Positions 1-13,320 of a stretch of 64,000 nt of DNA are shown piece after piece. Origin of the DNA: Somniosus microcephalus (Eukaryota). The position numbers and the translations under genes were made by a program. The stretch is taken from positions 38,750,001 through 38,814,000 of the forward strand of contig CM126217.1 in NCBI GenBank assembly GCA_052327205.1. Reading direction: 5' to 3'. The notes beneath the pieces were generated by a model that saw nothing but the letters and a program-made list of their open reading frames with translations, had not been told where the DNA came from and searched no databases. Each line of letters begins with the position of its first letter. Positions within the stretch are counted from its first letter, which is position 1.

Positions 1-2941
1 CCGGTGCCATACGCAATTCGTCCAGCCGTCGAGGCAGAGTTGGAGAATTTGGAAAAAGCAGGCATGTTATCCAAGGTAGATTGGAGCGAGTGGGCAACAC
101 CCATCGTCCCGGTCATGAAGAAAACGTTGAATAATGATAAATCTGAAGAACAGAGAAAAGTTTGCATCTGTGGGGACCTCAAGGTGACTGTAAACCTGGT
201 TCTTCACATGGTACAGTATCCTCTTCCGAGGATAGAAGATATTTTCGCCTCACTATCCGGAGGGAAACGTTTCACCAAAATTGACTTAGCACAGGCATAT
301 CTACAGATGGAGGTTGAGGAGGCCTCTAAAAAGTATCTCACGATAAACACACACAAAGGCCTGTACCAGTACAATCGACTGGTTTTCGGAGTGGCATCAG
401 CTCCGGCTATCTGGCAAAGAGCTATGGAGCAAGTACTGCAAGGGATTCTGAGGACTCAATGCTACCTAGACGACATCCTTGTAACAGGAGAAAACAACAA
501 CGAGCACCTTGCCAACTTGGAGCAGGTGCTCACGAGGCTGAGAGAACGGGGCCTACGAGCAAATCGCCCCAAGTGCGAATTTTTCCAGAAACAAATATCA
601 TATTGTGGCCATGTCATTAACGAAGAAGGGTTGCATAAGTCACCTGAAAAAATTGAAGTGGTCGTAAAGGCCCCAGCGCCTGAAAATGTCTCACAATTAA
701 GGTCGTTCCTGGGATTAGTAAATTACTATCATAAATTTTTACCAAACTTGTCGACGGTTCTGCACCCGCTAAACGCACTGCTACAAATGGGAGTAGTTTG
801 GAAATGGAGCGAAGACTGTAAACGTGCCTTCCATAAATGCAAAGGCTTGATCACGTCCGGGGAAGTGTTGGCTCATTACAACCCATCACTGCCAATCAGA
901 CTGGCGTGCGATGCATCCCCTTACGGAGTGGGAGCGGTATTATCGCATAGATTCCCTGATGGCTCGGAGCGGCCGATAGCTTTTGCGTCATGCTCATTGA
1001 ACTCAGCTGAGCGTAACTATGCCCAGATCGACAGGGAGGCACTCAGCCTGGTGTGGGGGGTGAAGAAATTCAACCATTACCTACACGGACAAAAATTTAC
1101 CTTGTTGACTGACCATCAACCCCTCATCTCCATATTCAACCCTAAAAAGGGCGTTCCCATTATGACAGCGCAAAGGCTACAGAGGTGGTCCCTTTTCCTA
1201 GGGGCACACCAATATGACACAGAATACAAAGGAACAAAACAGCATGGGAATGCTGACGGGTTATCGCGCCTACCGTTGCCAACGGTGGAAGAGGCACCTA
1301 CAGTGGACCCAGTGGAGATGTTCCACTCGACCATAGTGGAATGTCTACCGATGACAAATTCTACCATTGAAAAGGAAACGCGAAATGACCCGACTCTCTC
1401 ACGAGTCTACGATTTAACGGTGAAGGGATGGCCAGCACATGGCGAACCACTGTTGCCAGCATTCTCGCAAAGAAGAGAACAGCTGTCAGTGTGCCGAGGA
1501 ACCTTGATGTGTGGATCCAGAGTGGTGATTCCACCCAAACTCAAGGATAGAGTGCTAAAGGAGCTTCACGAGGGGCATCTGGGTGGAGTGAAAATGAAGA
1601 ACTTAGCCAGAGCGTTTGTGTGGTGGCCAGGTATCAATGGAGACATCGAAGAAATGACCAAGAGCTGTCTAGGATGCCAGAAGGTCCAAAACGCCCCACC
1701 ACAAGCCCCTCTACATCCATGGGAGTGGCCCTCATCTCCATGGCAAAGGGTACATATCAACTTTGCTGGTCCATTTATGGACTCAATGTTCTTAATCGCG
1801 GTGGATGCACACTCCAAGTGGCCGGAGGTAATAAAGATGTCCTCCACCACCACGGAGAAAACCATCACAGTATTAAGGACCATATTCGCCAGGAATGGGC
1901 TGCCTGAACAGATCTGTTCTGATAATGGACCGCAATTTGTATCCGAAGAATTCAGGAAGTTCTTAAAAAACAATGGGGTTAAGCACTACACGTCCGCCCC
2001 ATACCATCCCGCCACCAATGGATTGGCTGAAAGGTTTGTCCAGACCTTCAAGAAGGCCATAAAGGCCATGGGTAATGAAGACATAAATCTACAACATAAG
2101 GTAGATAACTTCTTGTTTGCATACAGGAATGCAACACATGTGGTTACAAACCAATGATGTTTTTCAATAGAAGACTAAGATGCCGGCTGGATTTGGTCAA
2201 GCCAAACGTCAGAAGGGACGTAGAGAACCGGCAATTTCAAAGCATGAATGAAAGGCCAACTAGAACCTTCCAGATAGGTCAACCAGTTTTGGCCCGGGAC
2301 TACCGTACCGAGAAATGGCAGCCTGGAACTATTTGCACACGACTAGGACCGCTGATGTATACCGTGGACATTGGAGAAAGCATAATAAGGCGCCATGCTG
2401 ACCAGATCATAGAGTCATCTGAAAAAGGACAACCTACACCATAACTCTATACGCCTAGTGATGAAGCAGAGATACCCATAGTATCTACCTCCGATCCGGT
2501 GATACTGGAACCAGATGAACCCGACACTGGCATTGAAGCCGAATCGACCTTGCCAAAAGAACCTACTACACCACCGAAACCTACTACACCACCAAGGCGT
2601 TATCCGGACCGAGTCAGGAAGCCTCCAGAGACTGAATTTGTAATTGATTAACTTCAGCAAATGTGTATATTGTTGTTCTTGTAAAAATGTTATTTAATGA
2701 TTACTTAAAATGTTATGTACTATTTATCTAAAAGGGGAGGAATTGTAGTGTATGTTTACCTTTAAGAGGAACTATGTTTTTGAAGCCCCTGTATACTGTA
2801 GTACCAGTAGTGACCACTCGGGTATATAAGCCTGTGTAGCGTCTTGTGTAGTTAGTTCAGCTCCAGACTTTGTTCAGTAAACACTTGTTAAATCAACTCC
2901 TGCATTCTGTGTCTCCATTAACACACGGATCGAACAGTACA
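1..2941 (+). mobile_element. Ty3/Gypsy LTR retrotransposon (Mag/K02A2.6-like), 3' part; pol and 3' LTR; inactivated; runs off the window start
   Basis: ORF 4-2157 has RT (YLDD), RNase H (DAS...DHQPL) and integrase (HHCC, SDNGPQF, NGLAER). It frameshifts at ~2154 and has a stop at 2442-2444. PPT AAAAGGGGAGGAA at ~2730-2742, then an LTR TGTAGTG (2744)...CAGTACA (~2941) with TATATAA and AGTAAA. Confidence 0.93.
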
Positions 2942-2943
2942 CA

Positions 2944-3370
2944 TGAGCAACGACATCAGCTTGTAGAAATACCAAATCAATGGCCTCCCTCAGGGTTCAG
3001 TTCCAGCAACACTCTTTTTTAATCTGTACATAAACAATCTGCCTGGAACCAAATTGCGGAAATTCAGCTATGCTGATGATGGTGCCTTTGGTACTAAGCT
3101 TTTCCACTCACTAATGACATGAAACATATGGCGTGCTGCCTGAAATAGCGTCTTCAGCCAAGTACCATGAAGTCTGTCTCCCCTGACTTTCACTTGCACG
3201 ATGCTAGTGCCTCTAGTGAACTCAATATCATCTTGAATAGTCAACTTCTCAAACATGATGCTCATCCTGTTTATGGCCTTGACCGGTCACTAACCTACAA
3301 AATCTATTTACCGAATACTACTGAGAAAGTCAAAACCTGAAATAACCTAATCTCCAAATTTGCCGGCAGT
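2944..3370 (+). mobile_element. Degenerate non-LTR retrotransposon RT fragment (RTE/Jockey-like), host of the Gypsy insertion
   Basis: Broken translation NGLPQGSV-ATLF-NLYINNLP...KFSYADD starts immediately after the LTR. Confidence 0.65.
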
Positions 3371-3661
3371 GTACTAACACAATGTCATCTAATCCCTCAG
3401 TATCCTTTAAAAAAAACAAATTATAAATAAACATTAGCGTCCTTTTTGCTATTTCTGACTTTCTACACCACACTGAACATGTATCTTCCTACCAATTGGC
3501 TTTCCAAAAGAGAAGAATTCACCAGAGAAAATCCCAGCACATTATATCCACCTTCAGTGGGCATGTTACATTTTATATGATCCGATGAGCTAGTGAATTA
3601 GAGAACAGTCATTCCCGAGTGCTGTTTTAATTTAAGTGCTGCCAGAATCAATGGGATTAAT

Positions 3662-5150
3662 AAACATCGAAGATAGGAGCAGGAGTAGGCCATTCGGCCC
3701 CTCGAGCCTGCTCCGCCATTCAATGAGATCATGGCTGATCATCCAAATTCAATACTCTGTCCCTGCTTTCTCCCCATATCCCTTGATCCCTTTAGCCTTA
3801 AGAAATATATCTAACTCTTTCTTGAATATATTTAATGAATTGGCCTCAACTGCCTTCTGTGGTAGAGAATTCCACAGGTTCACCACTCTCTGGGTGAAGA
3901 AATTCCTCCTCATCTCTGTCCTAAATGGCTTACCCCTTATACTTAGACTGTGACCCCTGGTTCTGGACTCCCCAGCCATCGGGAACATCCTTCCTGCATC
4001 TAGTCTGTCTAAGTCCTGTTAGAATTTTATAAGTTTCAATGAGATCCCCTCTCATTCTTCTAAACTCCAGCGAGTATAAACCCAATCGACCCAATCTCTC
4101 CTCATACGTTATTCCTGCCATCCCAGGTATCAGCCTGGTGAATCTTTGCTGCACTCCCTCCATGGCAACAACATCCTTCCTCAGATAAGGTGAACAAAAC
4201 TGCACACAATACTCAAGATGTGGTCTCACCAAGGCCCTGTACAACTGCAGCAAGACATCCTTGTTCCTGTACTCAAACCCTCTCGCAACGAAGGCCAACA
4301 TACCATTTGCCTTCTTAACCGCCTGCTGCACTTGCATGCTTACCTTCAGCGACTGGTGCACAAGGACAGCCAGGTCTCGTTGCACTTCCCCTTCTCCCAA
4401 TCTATTGCTGTTCAGATAATAATCTGCCTTCCTGTTTTTGCCACCAAAGTGGATAACCTCGCATTTATCCACATTATACTGCATCTGCCATGCATCTGCC
4501 CAATCACCCAATCTGTCCAAATCATACTGGAGTTTCTCGGCATCCTCCTCACAGCACACACACCCACCCAGCTTTGTGTCATCTGCAAACTTGGGGATAT
4601 TACATCTAGTTCCCTTGTCTAGATCATTAATATATATTGTGAATAGCTGGGGTCCTAGGACCGATCCCTACGGTACCTCACTAGTCACTGCCTGCCACTC
4701 AGAAAAAGATCCGTTTATTCCAACTCTTTGCTTCCTGTCTGCCAACCAGTTCTCTATCCAAGTCAGTACCTTGCCCCCAATCCCATGTGCCTTAACTTTA
4801 CATGCTAATCTCTTATGCAGGACCTTATCGAAAGCCTTCTAAAAGTCCAAATGCACCACATCCACTGGTTCTCCCTTATCTATTTTACCAGTTACATCCT
4901 CAAAAAATTCCAGTAGATTAGTCAAGCACGATTTACCTTTCGTAAATCCATGTTGACTTTGTCCGATTCTGTCACTGTTTTCCAGGTGCTCTGCTATTAC
5001 ATCTTTTATAATGGACTCTAGCATTTTCCCCACTACCGATGTCAGTCTATAATTCCCCGTTTTCTCTCTACCACCTTTTTTGAACAGTGGGATAACATTA
5101 GCTACCCTCCAATCCATGGGTACTGTTCCAGAGTCTATAGAATTTTGGAA
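3662..5150 (-). mobile_element. 5'-truncated CR1 (HER1-type) LINE, frameshifted
   Basis: RT fragments 4839-5117, 3930-4559 and 3749-3988 (QHGF, DKCEVIHFG, LVRPHLEYCVQF). The 3' UTR/tail lies at 3662-3745. Flanked by direct repeat GATTAAT (3655-3661 / 5151-5157). Confidence 0.93.
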
Positions 5151-5349
5151 GATTAATGGTGTGTAGTCATCAGAGTTCCTGTTCTAAACCAGGAGACTGA
5201 ATTGATTGAAGTACAAGATTCAGCAGAGAACCTGTATGTTTCTACAGTCTAGTCAGTGATTTTCTAAAGTTTTATTCAGCTCCCTTTTGCATATTCTACC
5301 AAAGAAGCTGCATGTTTCTACACTCTAATCTCACAGGTTTTTCCTCCAG

Positions 5350-5590
5350 TCCCCTACAGGATATGGTTCCACAGGCATTGGTAGCCCTCCAGTTCCTTGC
5401 CCAAGTCACCATTCTTCATGTCTGAGCCTGGCCTGAGAGAGTCAGCAGGCTATTTGAGCATGGGAGGGCATCACAGGCAAGACTGATCCTGCCCTTACCA
5501 GACATTCACACATATGCACTGGCAGTGACCCGTGATTATCCCTTTGTAGCCCCGTTGTCCTGAGGCAAGTGTCAGCATCCAGTTGCCAAA
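5350..5590 (-). mobile_element. LF-SINE-like degenerate copy
   Basis: Reverse complement of recalled LF-SINE segments (ccattcttcatgtctgagcct, caggctatttga, catcacag, gatcctgccc). Similar copies at ~8000-8260, ~18430-18620, ~20210-20470 and ~56950-57360. Confidence 0.55.
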
Positions 5591-7238
5591 ATAATTGTTT
5601 GCCAAACCTTTCTCCAATTGTTTGTGAGCACATAATGAAATGAAGTAAACATGGTTGATGTACATTGTCAATTGTGTAGGATGTCACTGTGATGGAAATG
5701 GTGTACAACTCTTCTCATTCCCCATTAACTTGTGCACCACATGGCAGAGTTGTGCTGATCATTAGGACTCTAACACTTGAAGCCTTGGAGCGAGGGATAA
5801 AACACAGTTTGTATTCCTGTGATGCTCAGTTACTCCCAGTGGCAAGAAGCCAAGCGGAGGCTGTGGCATTTCCTTGCAGGAGAGGGAAAAGTCAAAGGGA
5901 TTCCACCAAGTGGCTGGTTGGAAAGGGCGGTAGCGCTTGTTTGAGAGCAAGTTGTCCACTCCCACTCTAACCAGCTGTCAAATCCAGGCTACCAAAGATG
6001 GAGGAGGATTTACATGTTCGGTTTTCCAAATACCCCTTTCATTCGGAAAATGCCTGCTTAAGGCTCTGGAACTTACACTCATGAAGTATTTCTTTCCACA
6101 CCTATCATTAGGCTTGCAACACTCAGCAGTCTCTGTGGCTGCGATTATTCATTCATTACCAGTTGGATACTGGTAGGTGTACAGTGCAAAACACTGCCAA
6201 CACCTAGTTATAATGTGTGCTGTGCCTGTTTGTGAATCGCGCTCTGCCCGCCAGACCGGTTCTGCTCCCCCAGGGGCGAGTGAGATCATGTGCGTTCTTA
6301 TACTAAAAAGGCCAGTGAGTTTATTCGGTGCTCATGAAATCTAGTGGACAGCCTGAGCATTTTCTAAATCCAAGTGCACATCAATCACATTGAGGTTAAT
6401 ACTCCACATGGTGTCCAGTTCAAGAGCTGCGAGGAGCTCTACCCGGACAGGCCCATATTCCTTGGCTTTAGTGTATTCCGGAGTTATTTGGAACTTGACA
6501 AGCGTTATGTTGCCAATTTCACTGAAACCACGTCACATCAGCGCAACAGTGTAACTGCACTCACATGATGCACTTTGTTCGTATTCAGACCGAGTGGGAA
6601 AGAACTTACATTTATATAGCGCCTTTCACGACCTCGGGACGTCCCAAAGTGCTTCACAGCCAGTGAACTACCATTTGTTGAAATGTACATTCTTGTAATA
6701 CAGGAGTTGGTATTTTTCCAGTGAGACGTGTTGATTTATTTAATAAGTAAACAAGATAAACGTTTCAGTGGGTTTGTTAATGTCCTTATGGTTGTTGTCT
6801 GAGCAACCTATCAGCGCGCAACTCCAGCCTGAGCCGCGAGGTTTGAATGCAGGAGCAGGAATACCCTGACTCTGATCGTGGATGCTCGACAGCCTCTTTA
6901 AACAATGACAGGGTCACAACGAACCTCAAATAATCCGATTGATATGAATAAAACAATCTTTCTATTTGTGAGTTTAATTATGTTTGTGGTTTAAAAAAAA
7001 TCATTTTATGCCAGATTGTGAAGCACGAGGAAGAAGGAAGCGGGTAAATGGGTTTCAGGTGCTGTTAGCAGGGATTGGTGGGATGAGCTGGTTAGACTGG
7101 TTGAGTGGGTTAAACCAGCAGATCGCTTGCACCATTCAGCTTGAAGTGAGCACTTTGCTGCTCCTTAGTTACTTCCACTCGCTGGGTCTTTCCGCCAGTT
7201 TGTTTTTAGGAGCAGTTTGTTGCAACTTTCCTGCTAAC

Positions 7239-7293
7239 ATGAAGGTCGTCCTACTTTTATTAGGTGTTTGGATCTCATCTGCTTTCTGTGACG
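7239..7293 (+). CDS. UPK3: Uroplakin-3-like gene, coding exon 1 (signal peptide MKVVLLLLGVWISSAFCD)
   Basis: ATG in AACATG context, hydrophobic signal peptide, donor GTAAGT at 7294 (phase 1). Confidence 0.88.
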
Positions 7294-7455
7294 GTAAGTT
7301 AGCTCCTTGTGTTAAAACATAGTTTAAACTCAAATTCAAGTAACTTCTTGAATTTTGGCTCTTTAGTACAATCTACACTGATCGAGTTCCACTTGTTTTT
7401 AATAGATTTCCTCAGGGAAAAAAGTTTTTGAACTAACTCTCTCCCCTTTTCGTAG

Positions 7456-7599
7456 TTCTAAACTTCAAGCCAGAAATTCCCTCGACCGCTGAAATCCGAG
7501 CTCTCCGAACTGCTACTACCGTGACTCTAACCAAGCCCATCTGTGTGTTCACCAATGGGAATGTCGTCGAAGTCTTCGGAGTGCAAGCCAGTGTGCCGT
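7456..7599 (+). CDS. UPK3: Uroplakin-3-like exon 2 (VLNFKPEIPSTAEIRALRTATTVTLTKPICVFTNGNVVEVFGVQASVP)
   Basis: Pyrimidine tract + CGTAG acceptor, 144 nt, phase 1-1, GTAAGT donor. TATTVTLTKPICVF matches the UPK3 T.TTF.LEQP.CVF motif. Confidence 0.9.
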
Positions 7600-10500
7600 G
7601 TAAGTGTTGGGCGATTAATATAACTCTTAACTAGTTAGGTGGGGTACTCTTCCGACCAGCCTGTTGCCCTCTCTTCATATAAAGGATGAAAGGAGCGTCC
7701 AATCCTCCAGCTCCTTTTTTAGAAAAGTGACCCCTTGTATCAAAAGTTCTCTCAAATAACAGGCTCGACAAGTGACCATTCGATTGCAGGTATCTGGGGC
7801 TACAGGCTCAAGGTGGGAATTCCTATCAGTTGAGACTGAAGCTGGAAACCTTCGGCTCCAACTATTGGTTTACTAAGCGGCCGACTAGACCATACATTTA
7901 AATTGTCTGCTTGGATCAAATGTAATTTACCAGCCTGGTCTATATAGACTTAGTCTTCAAAAAGTATGGTTCCAATGGGGTTTATCGGTGTGGCAGGCCC
8001 CTGAGGTGTGGCTGGAGTGCGGTCTGACTGCCCAGGTTGCAATTCACGGGTGAGCCCAGAGTGAGAGATCGGCTATTTGACACAGGAGGATGGTATAGCT
8101 GCGTCTGATCCTTTTCCCATCGCTATCCACATGTCTTTTCAGAGGTCACTGGATAACCATCTGGATCTTACCCCTACCTAGGATGAGGCAAACTGTAGCG
8201 TTCCAATTATTACCCTGGCTGGGATCTGTTAACTCGGCACAGACTCAGGTTCATCTAGCCAGAGCTTGGTGACGATTGTGACTGCTTTGCAGAGAATAAA
8301 GCACTTGTGTATCAAACTGAATTGCTTTGATGTTTTCCTCTTGTCTGCTTTCCTGAAACTGGTTCCTTTTAATCTCCTGCCATGTTCATTGGACCCACAT
8401 TTTATTTGGTCTCTGATGTTGGTTCCTAAGCAAACCATTTTCTGCTATCAATCTGAAGTTAATCTTCTCTTGTTCATTTGAACCAGTGTGGTTAACTTGT
8501 CCTATTCTGTTTAATTTGAAGTGTTCCAGAGGTTATCCAGTTTATTTTTTTCAATCATGACTTCATCTCCTGACACTCTGAATTAGTCCTGTGGTCTTTG
8601 CCTTCTTGTATTTGTGACCATAACTGGACATGGTACTTAGTGTTTTTACTCTGTCACATTTGTTTCAGTGGACTTCTACATAAGTGTCTTGGTGCTCTTG
8701 CTTTATCATCCCCCCCCCCCCCCCTTATCAATCATTATGGATTTGTGAATCTATCCTTTTTTTTAATTTCACGTTGGCACTTTTTTAACTCAGTAATGTT
8801 GTATTAAAGCCTGCAGTGTCTCTGGTATTTACTGGTGACCAGGCTTTTTCCCTTTATGCTCTTGTATAATGTAACTGCTTCACCTAGAATGAATATACCA
8901 GGAATCTGTTTAGTTATATTGTGGGGACGACTGGAGCAACATTGAATTGATTGCAGGAACAGCTGTTTGAAAGTAGCAGCCTTCACTTTTTGGCTGCAGA
9001 CCTCCCTTAATGGTTGAGGAAGATCCATACTGTCCAACAGATTGCTTTCTATGCAATACAGGCTCAGAGGTTTGCTGTTTAAGTGGGAAGATGACACACT
9101 CTTGCCCTTTTACCCTGCGCCTGATCCTCCTGCTGTCAATGGTGCTCCTAAAGATTCACAGTAGACTTGATTTTTGTAAATGTTCCTGTGGGAACATGTG
9201 GCCCCTCCTGTGGTTTGATAAGTGCTTTGTTGAATTAGCATGCTGGTGTTGTGATAGAAAATGGTGTCAACACAAGCATGCTGACGTGGAATCAATGCAA
9301 TGTCAATTCCAAGTCTACAGTGATGTTTCCAGGCATGACAAATCCATTGTTTAACTTGCCTGACTAATTGAATGAGCAGTTACCTTAATCATTTGGTTTT
9401 CCTGTCTTAGTGACCTATTTTAGAACATTGGAAACCTGGGAAGATGGAGGAAAATTACAATAAAGACATAGGAGCAAGGTGCAGTGGTCATCTTGTGTTT
9501 GATGCCCTGCAACTGACTGTAGGTAAAAGGGCCTTGAGTATAAATCATTGCTGCTCTTGAGTATTCAAAGCTCTTGCCATTGAACAATCTCAATCTTAAG
9601 TTGATTTCTTTAACTCCTCCCATGTACTCTTCAGAATTTGTAATCTCCAAAGCTAGATAAATGCAACACAATAGTACTTCTAACTACAACTTGTATGTGG
9701 GTTTTTAAGGTGCCTTTAACACGATGCCATGGGTTTAATGCTCTCTTTATATAATGGGTGCTGCAATAGATGTTTTTGAGCTTTGTTGTCTATTTTCAAG
9801 TTTGAACTTTCGGAATGTACTGTTGGATAATTTAACTGCCAGCCCTTCAATTATGGATGGATGCAACATTATTGTAACAGATAATTCAAATGGTAGCTCA
9901 CATTAGGGCCAGTGGCTTAAGCAAAACTAACAACTGCTTGAAGTATGAATTATAGTAACCAGTATTAGCTGGCACACCAACTTTTTTCCCCCTTTTCTCT
10001 CTGACTTGTGCTAGGATATGGTACCTGAGCTTGTTATAGATCTGAGGCTTCATCTAGCAGCCCAGCTGTTGGCTTGTTGAGATTCAGTTATTGGACAAAC
10101 TTGGCACCTGCCTGGTCTGTAAGACTTGCACTTGCCAACTGAACTTTCTGGCTGGAGGTGCAACTTTCATATATTTAAAAAAAAAAAAAAAAAAAAATCT
10201 AGTAGTTGCAATTTTTGAAAGTAAAATGAGTGATTAAGAGCCAAAGAAACAAGCTAAGCACACACATTGATGAAGTAATCGTCCTTAATGATACTGGCTC
10301 TAACATTTTTAATAAAGTTGTTTGCTATGCAATTTTCAGAAATCTCACCAGGTCTTGTATAGTTGTGCTTAAGACAAGAACGGGTGTATCAGTGTTCCTT
10401 GCCCTTTAATCTGAAGTCTTTCCTCTTGCTTCTAAAGCCAGTCTTGGCAATAATTAATTTTGAACATCTTTCTTTCTATTGGAGAAGTTGTTTAGTAATG

Positions 10501-10818
10501 TCTCTAGGACCAACAGGCTGTTGCTGCTGTCCCTGATCGCTGGATTAGCTGCAGTGTCATGTACTGTAGGTTTTCTTTCTGTAATATCTGCAATGATATT
10601 GGGCAAGAACATGAACAAGCTCTTTCCATTTAAATCCTAGCCTATAATTTGCTGCCTTCTCTAGCTTAGCTGTAGATGACTTGCCTTTATATTACCTTCT
10701 ATTTCAAAATTTGCTACATCTCATCATTCAATAACTCAAATCTTTCTCGTGTGCAATTTGAAGTTTTCATGAACCAAAACAGCTGAACTGACGAGTTTCA
10801 AAATATTTCTGTTTGCAG

Positions 10819-11080
10819 CAATCCCAAATGAAATTGGCGATAGCGCCATACGCACTTACCAACAAACTAAAGGAGGGGAAACTGGGCCGTACCGTGCTGC
10901 GAGCTTTGGCATCCCAATCTGCACATCTTTGCCCTTCGTGGTGAGCACAGTTCCTGCAAGGATCCAAGCAGAGATCGATCAATATGTGTTCAGGGTTGGA
11001 AATGATGTCCAGTGTTTGAACCAAATTTCCAATAATCCAGAAAACTGTAATGCACCACTTAATGCACATGTACAGTACAG
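10819..11080 (+). CDS. UPK3: Uroplakin-3-like exon 3 (SIPNEIGDSAIRTYQQTKGGETGPYRAASFGIPIC...YVFRVGNDVQC...NCNAPLNAHVQYR)
   Basis: TTGCAG acceptor, 262 nt, phase 1-2, GTAAGG donor. UPK3 hallmarks: T..QT.GG..GPY, RVG.D..C, CNAPL.....YR. Confidence 0.93.
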
Positions 11081-11758
11081 GTAAGGAGGTAAAAATCTAT
11101 TCTCAGTGGGGAAATATGTTGTGAATTTTGTGCCACTTGCAGCAGGCAGGAACTTTCTCTGCTTGTATAAAACAACTTGACTACAATGAAGATAACTTTA
11201 CAGACATCAACTTAAAATCAGCCTTTTGACCTTTAGTCAACAGTCACTTGAATGAATAATGCTGACCAGAATTATTCCATCTAATAGAGTATTCCTTTAA
11301 GACCTACCTTTTTATTAAAACATCATTACTATCACTTTGGGGCCAGGGTATGGGTGTTGTCGATCAGAATGGTCATAACTTTGTGAAAACCCATTTCCCA
11401 GCGTATAATAGTACCCTGAAGAATGCTCCCTCAGTGCTTCCACCAGTGGCTTACCCCACCACCCAAAAAAAGACAAGGGATTGGGGGGGTAGGAAGATAC
11501 AGAATTTCCCTTGGCTAATTATCCAGGTCTATAAATATAATGGTGACTCCAAAGCTAATTCAAAAATTGTTTTGTATAGCTGCAAGATGTATATTGGTGT
11601 AGCAGCATCACCTTGCTGTAGACTCGTTGATAGTTAAGTGTCATTGTAGGCATGTATATTTGAGCATTGATTTTCAGCTGTCAATTCAAATTCCACAGAT
11701 TGAGGCTGGCAAAACTACTCCATGTGGTGCATCTACTCTAATGTTTTTAAAATCACAG

Positions 11759-11841
11759 GTTCAAGTATGCTGTGCGAAACATAACCACAAAAACAATTAT
11801 AGATGAAACACACTGGTCAGACTCCATCGCCCTTCTACAAG
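11759..11841 (+). CDS. UPK3: Uroplakin-3-like exon 4 (RFKYAVRNITTKTIIDETHWSDSIALLQ)
   Basis: CACAG acceptor, 83 nt, phase 2-1, GTTAGT donor. RFKY...ET.WSD.I motif and an N-glycosylation sequon NIT. Confidence 0.92.
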
Positions 11842-12879
11842 GTTAGTGTTCTTCATTGGGTATCTGTTCATATTTAGCCAGCAGAAGCTTGGCATGGTAG
11901 CATCTGTTTAATGTCTGCTAGAATTCTGCTTCCCGTATCTCATTCCGCACAGAGTCCTGCTCGTCTATCGTTCCTGTCCTTGGTGACCTACATTGTCTCC
12001 TCCTCTCCCAATACCTGCAATTTTACATTTTCATTCTTGTGCTTAAATCCCTTCATGGATTTACCTCGCCAAACTAATTCAGTGTGAACTTCTGGCCTGA
12101 TGACTTTGCCACATTTCAAATAGGTGGAATGTTTGATTGCTTTGCAGTCCGTGCATTCCAAGCTGCAAGTCTTTTTTGCATACGTGTACACTTAACTTTG
12201 ATTGTTTAAACTTTTTAACAGAAAATATTTACACAAATTTGAAAAGGGGAAAGAAGATCTGAGTCCTTGTGGAAATATTTTAGTTAAGTCAAGTAATCAC
12301 AAAACATTGTCCAAATGTAAATCTTTTGCTTTTGTGCAACATGGGCTGGATTGCTTGGTGAGTTTTCCCTCTGATTTTCTTTGTTTCCCCCAACCTTGTG
12401 GAATGTTTCTGAACTCTGGCCACTGCCCTACAGAGAAGCTGATTGGAATCTCTGGAATGTGGATGTCTGTAGATGTGAATTTGTGTTGAACCACTCTTGT
12501 GGCTCCAATACACTATGCCACAAAACTCTCAACACTGTGAATTCATAAATAACGTGTCAAGTGAGAATTTCACCCTTTTACATTAGGAATGTATTGCTGG
12601 AAACTATTTCAATTATGGCATGCATATAATAGGTCGCTATCAAATATGTGCATCATCTCCTCTTAATACCTTGTGTAAATTTCTGGCTAGACTTAGTATC
12701 AAAATGGCCCAAAGCCTGCATTGTTGCACATTTGCCCTGCAGGGTTTGAAATGTGTGCTGTATCTTCCCTTAAATTATCTGCTGCTAAAAAGTTGAATTT
12801 GGGATGACTTACCTAGGGGGAAAAAAGGAAATATTGTGCCACTTTTTTTTTGTTTTTTGAATTGGTTAAAAAGCTAGCA

Positions 12880-13320
12880 ACAACAACTTATATAGCACCT
12901 TTTTAATGTAGTAAAACGCCCGAAGGCGCTTCACAGGAGTATTAGACAAAAATTTGGGCAGATGACCAAAAGCTTGTTCAGAGGTAGGTCTTAAGGAGGC
13001 AGTGGTTTAGGAAGGGAATTCCAGAATTTAAGGCCAAGGCAACTGAAGGCACAGCCACCAATGGTGGAGCAATTATAATCAGGAATGATCAAGAGGGCAG
13101 AATTAGAGGAGCACAGATATCTCCGAAGGTTGTGGGGCTGGAAGAGATTAGAGATATCAAGGGCAAGGCCATGGAGGGATTTGAAAACAAGGATGAGAAT
13201 TTTAAAATTGAAGCATTGCTTAACTGGGAGCCAATGTAAATCAGCAAGCACAGGGGTGATGGGTGAATGGGACTTGGTGCGAGTTAGGGCACGGGCAGCT
13301 GAGTTTTGGTTGACAATCAA
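12880..13320 (-). mobile_element. L2-type LINE 3' fragment (in UPK3 intron 4)
   Basis: ORF 12991-13335 (QNSAARALTRTK..HITPVLADLHWLPV..FKILILVFKSLHG) plus tail. Other L2 pieces at ~11910-12070 (+) and ~25905-26175 (+). Confidence 0.85.

Noticed and set aside
6984-7322. 112-aa ORF as a standalone protein
   Set aside because: Only its last part is real (UPK3 signal-peptide exon from ATG 7239). It starts at a non-ATG codon and runs through the splice donor.
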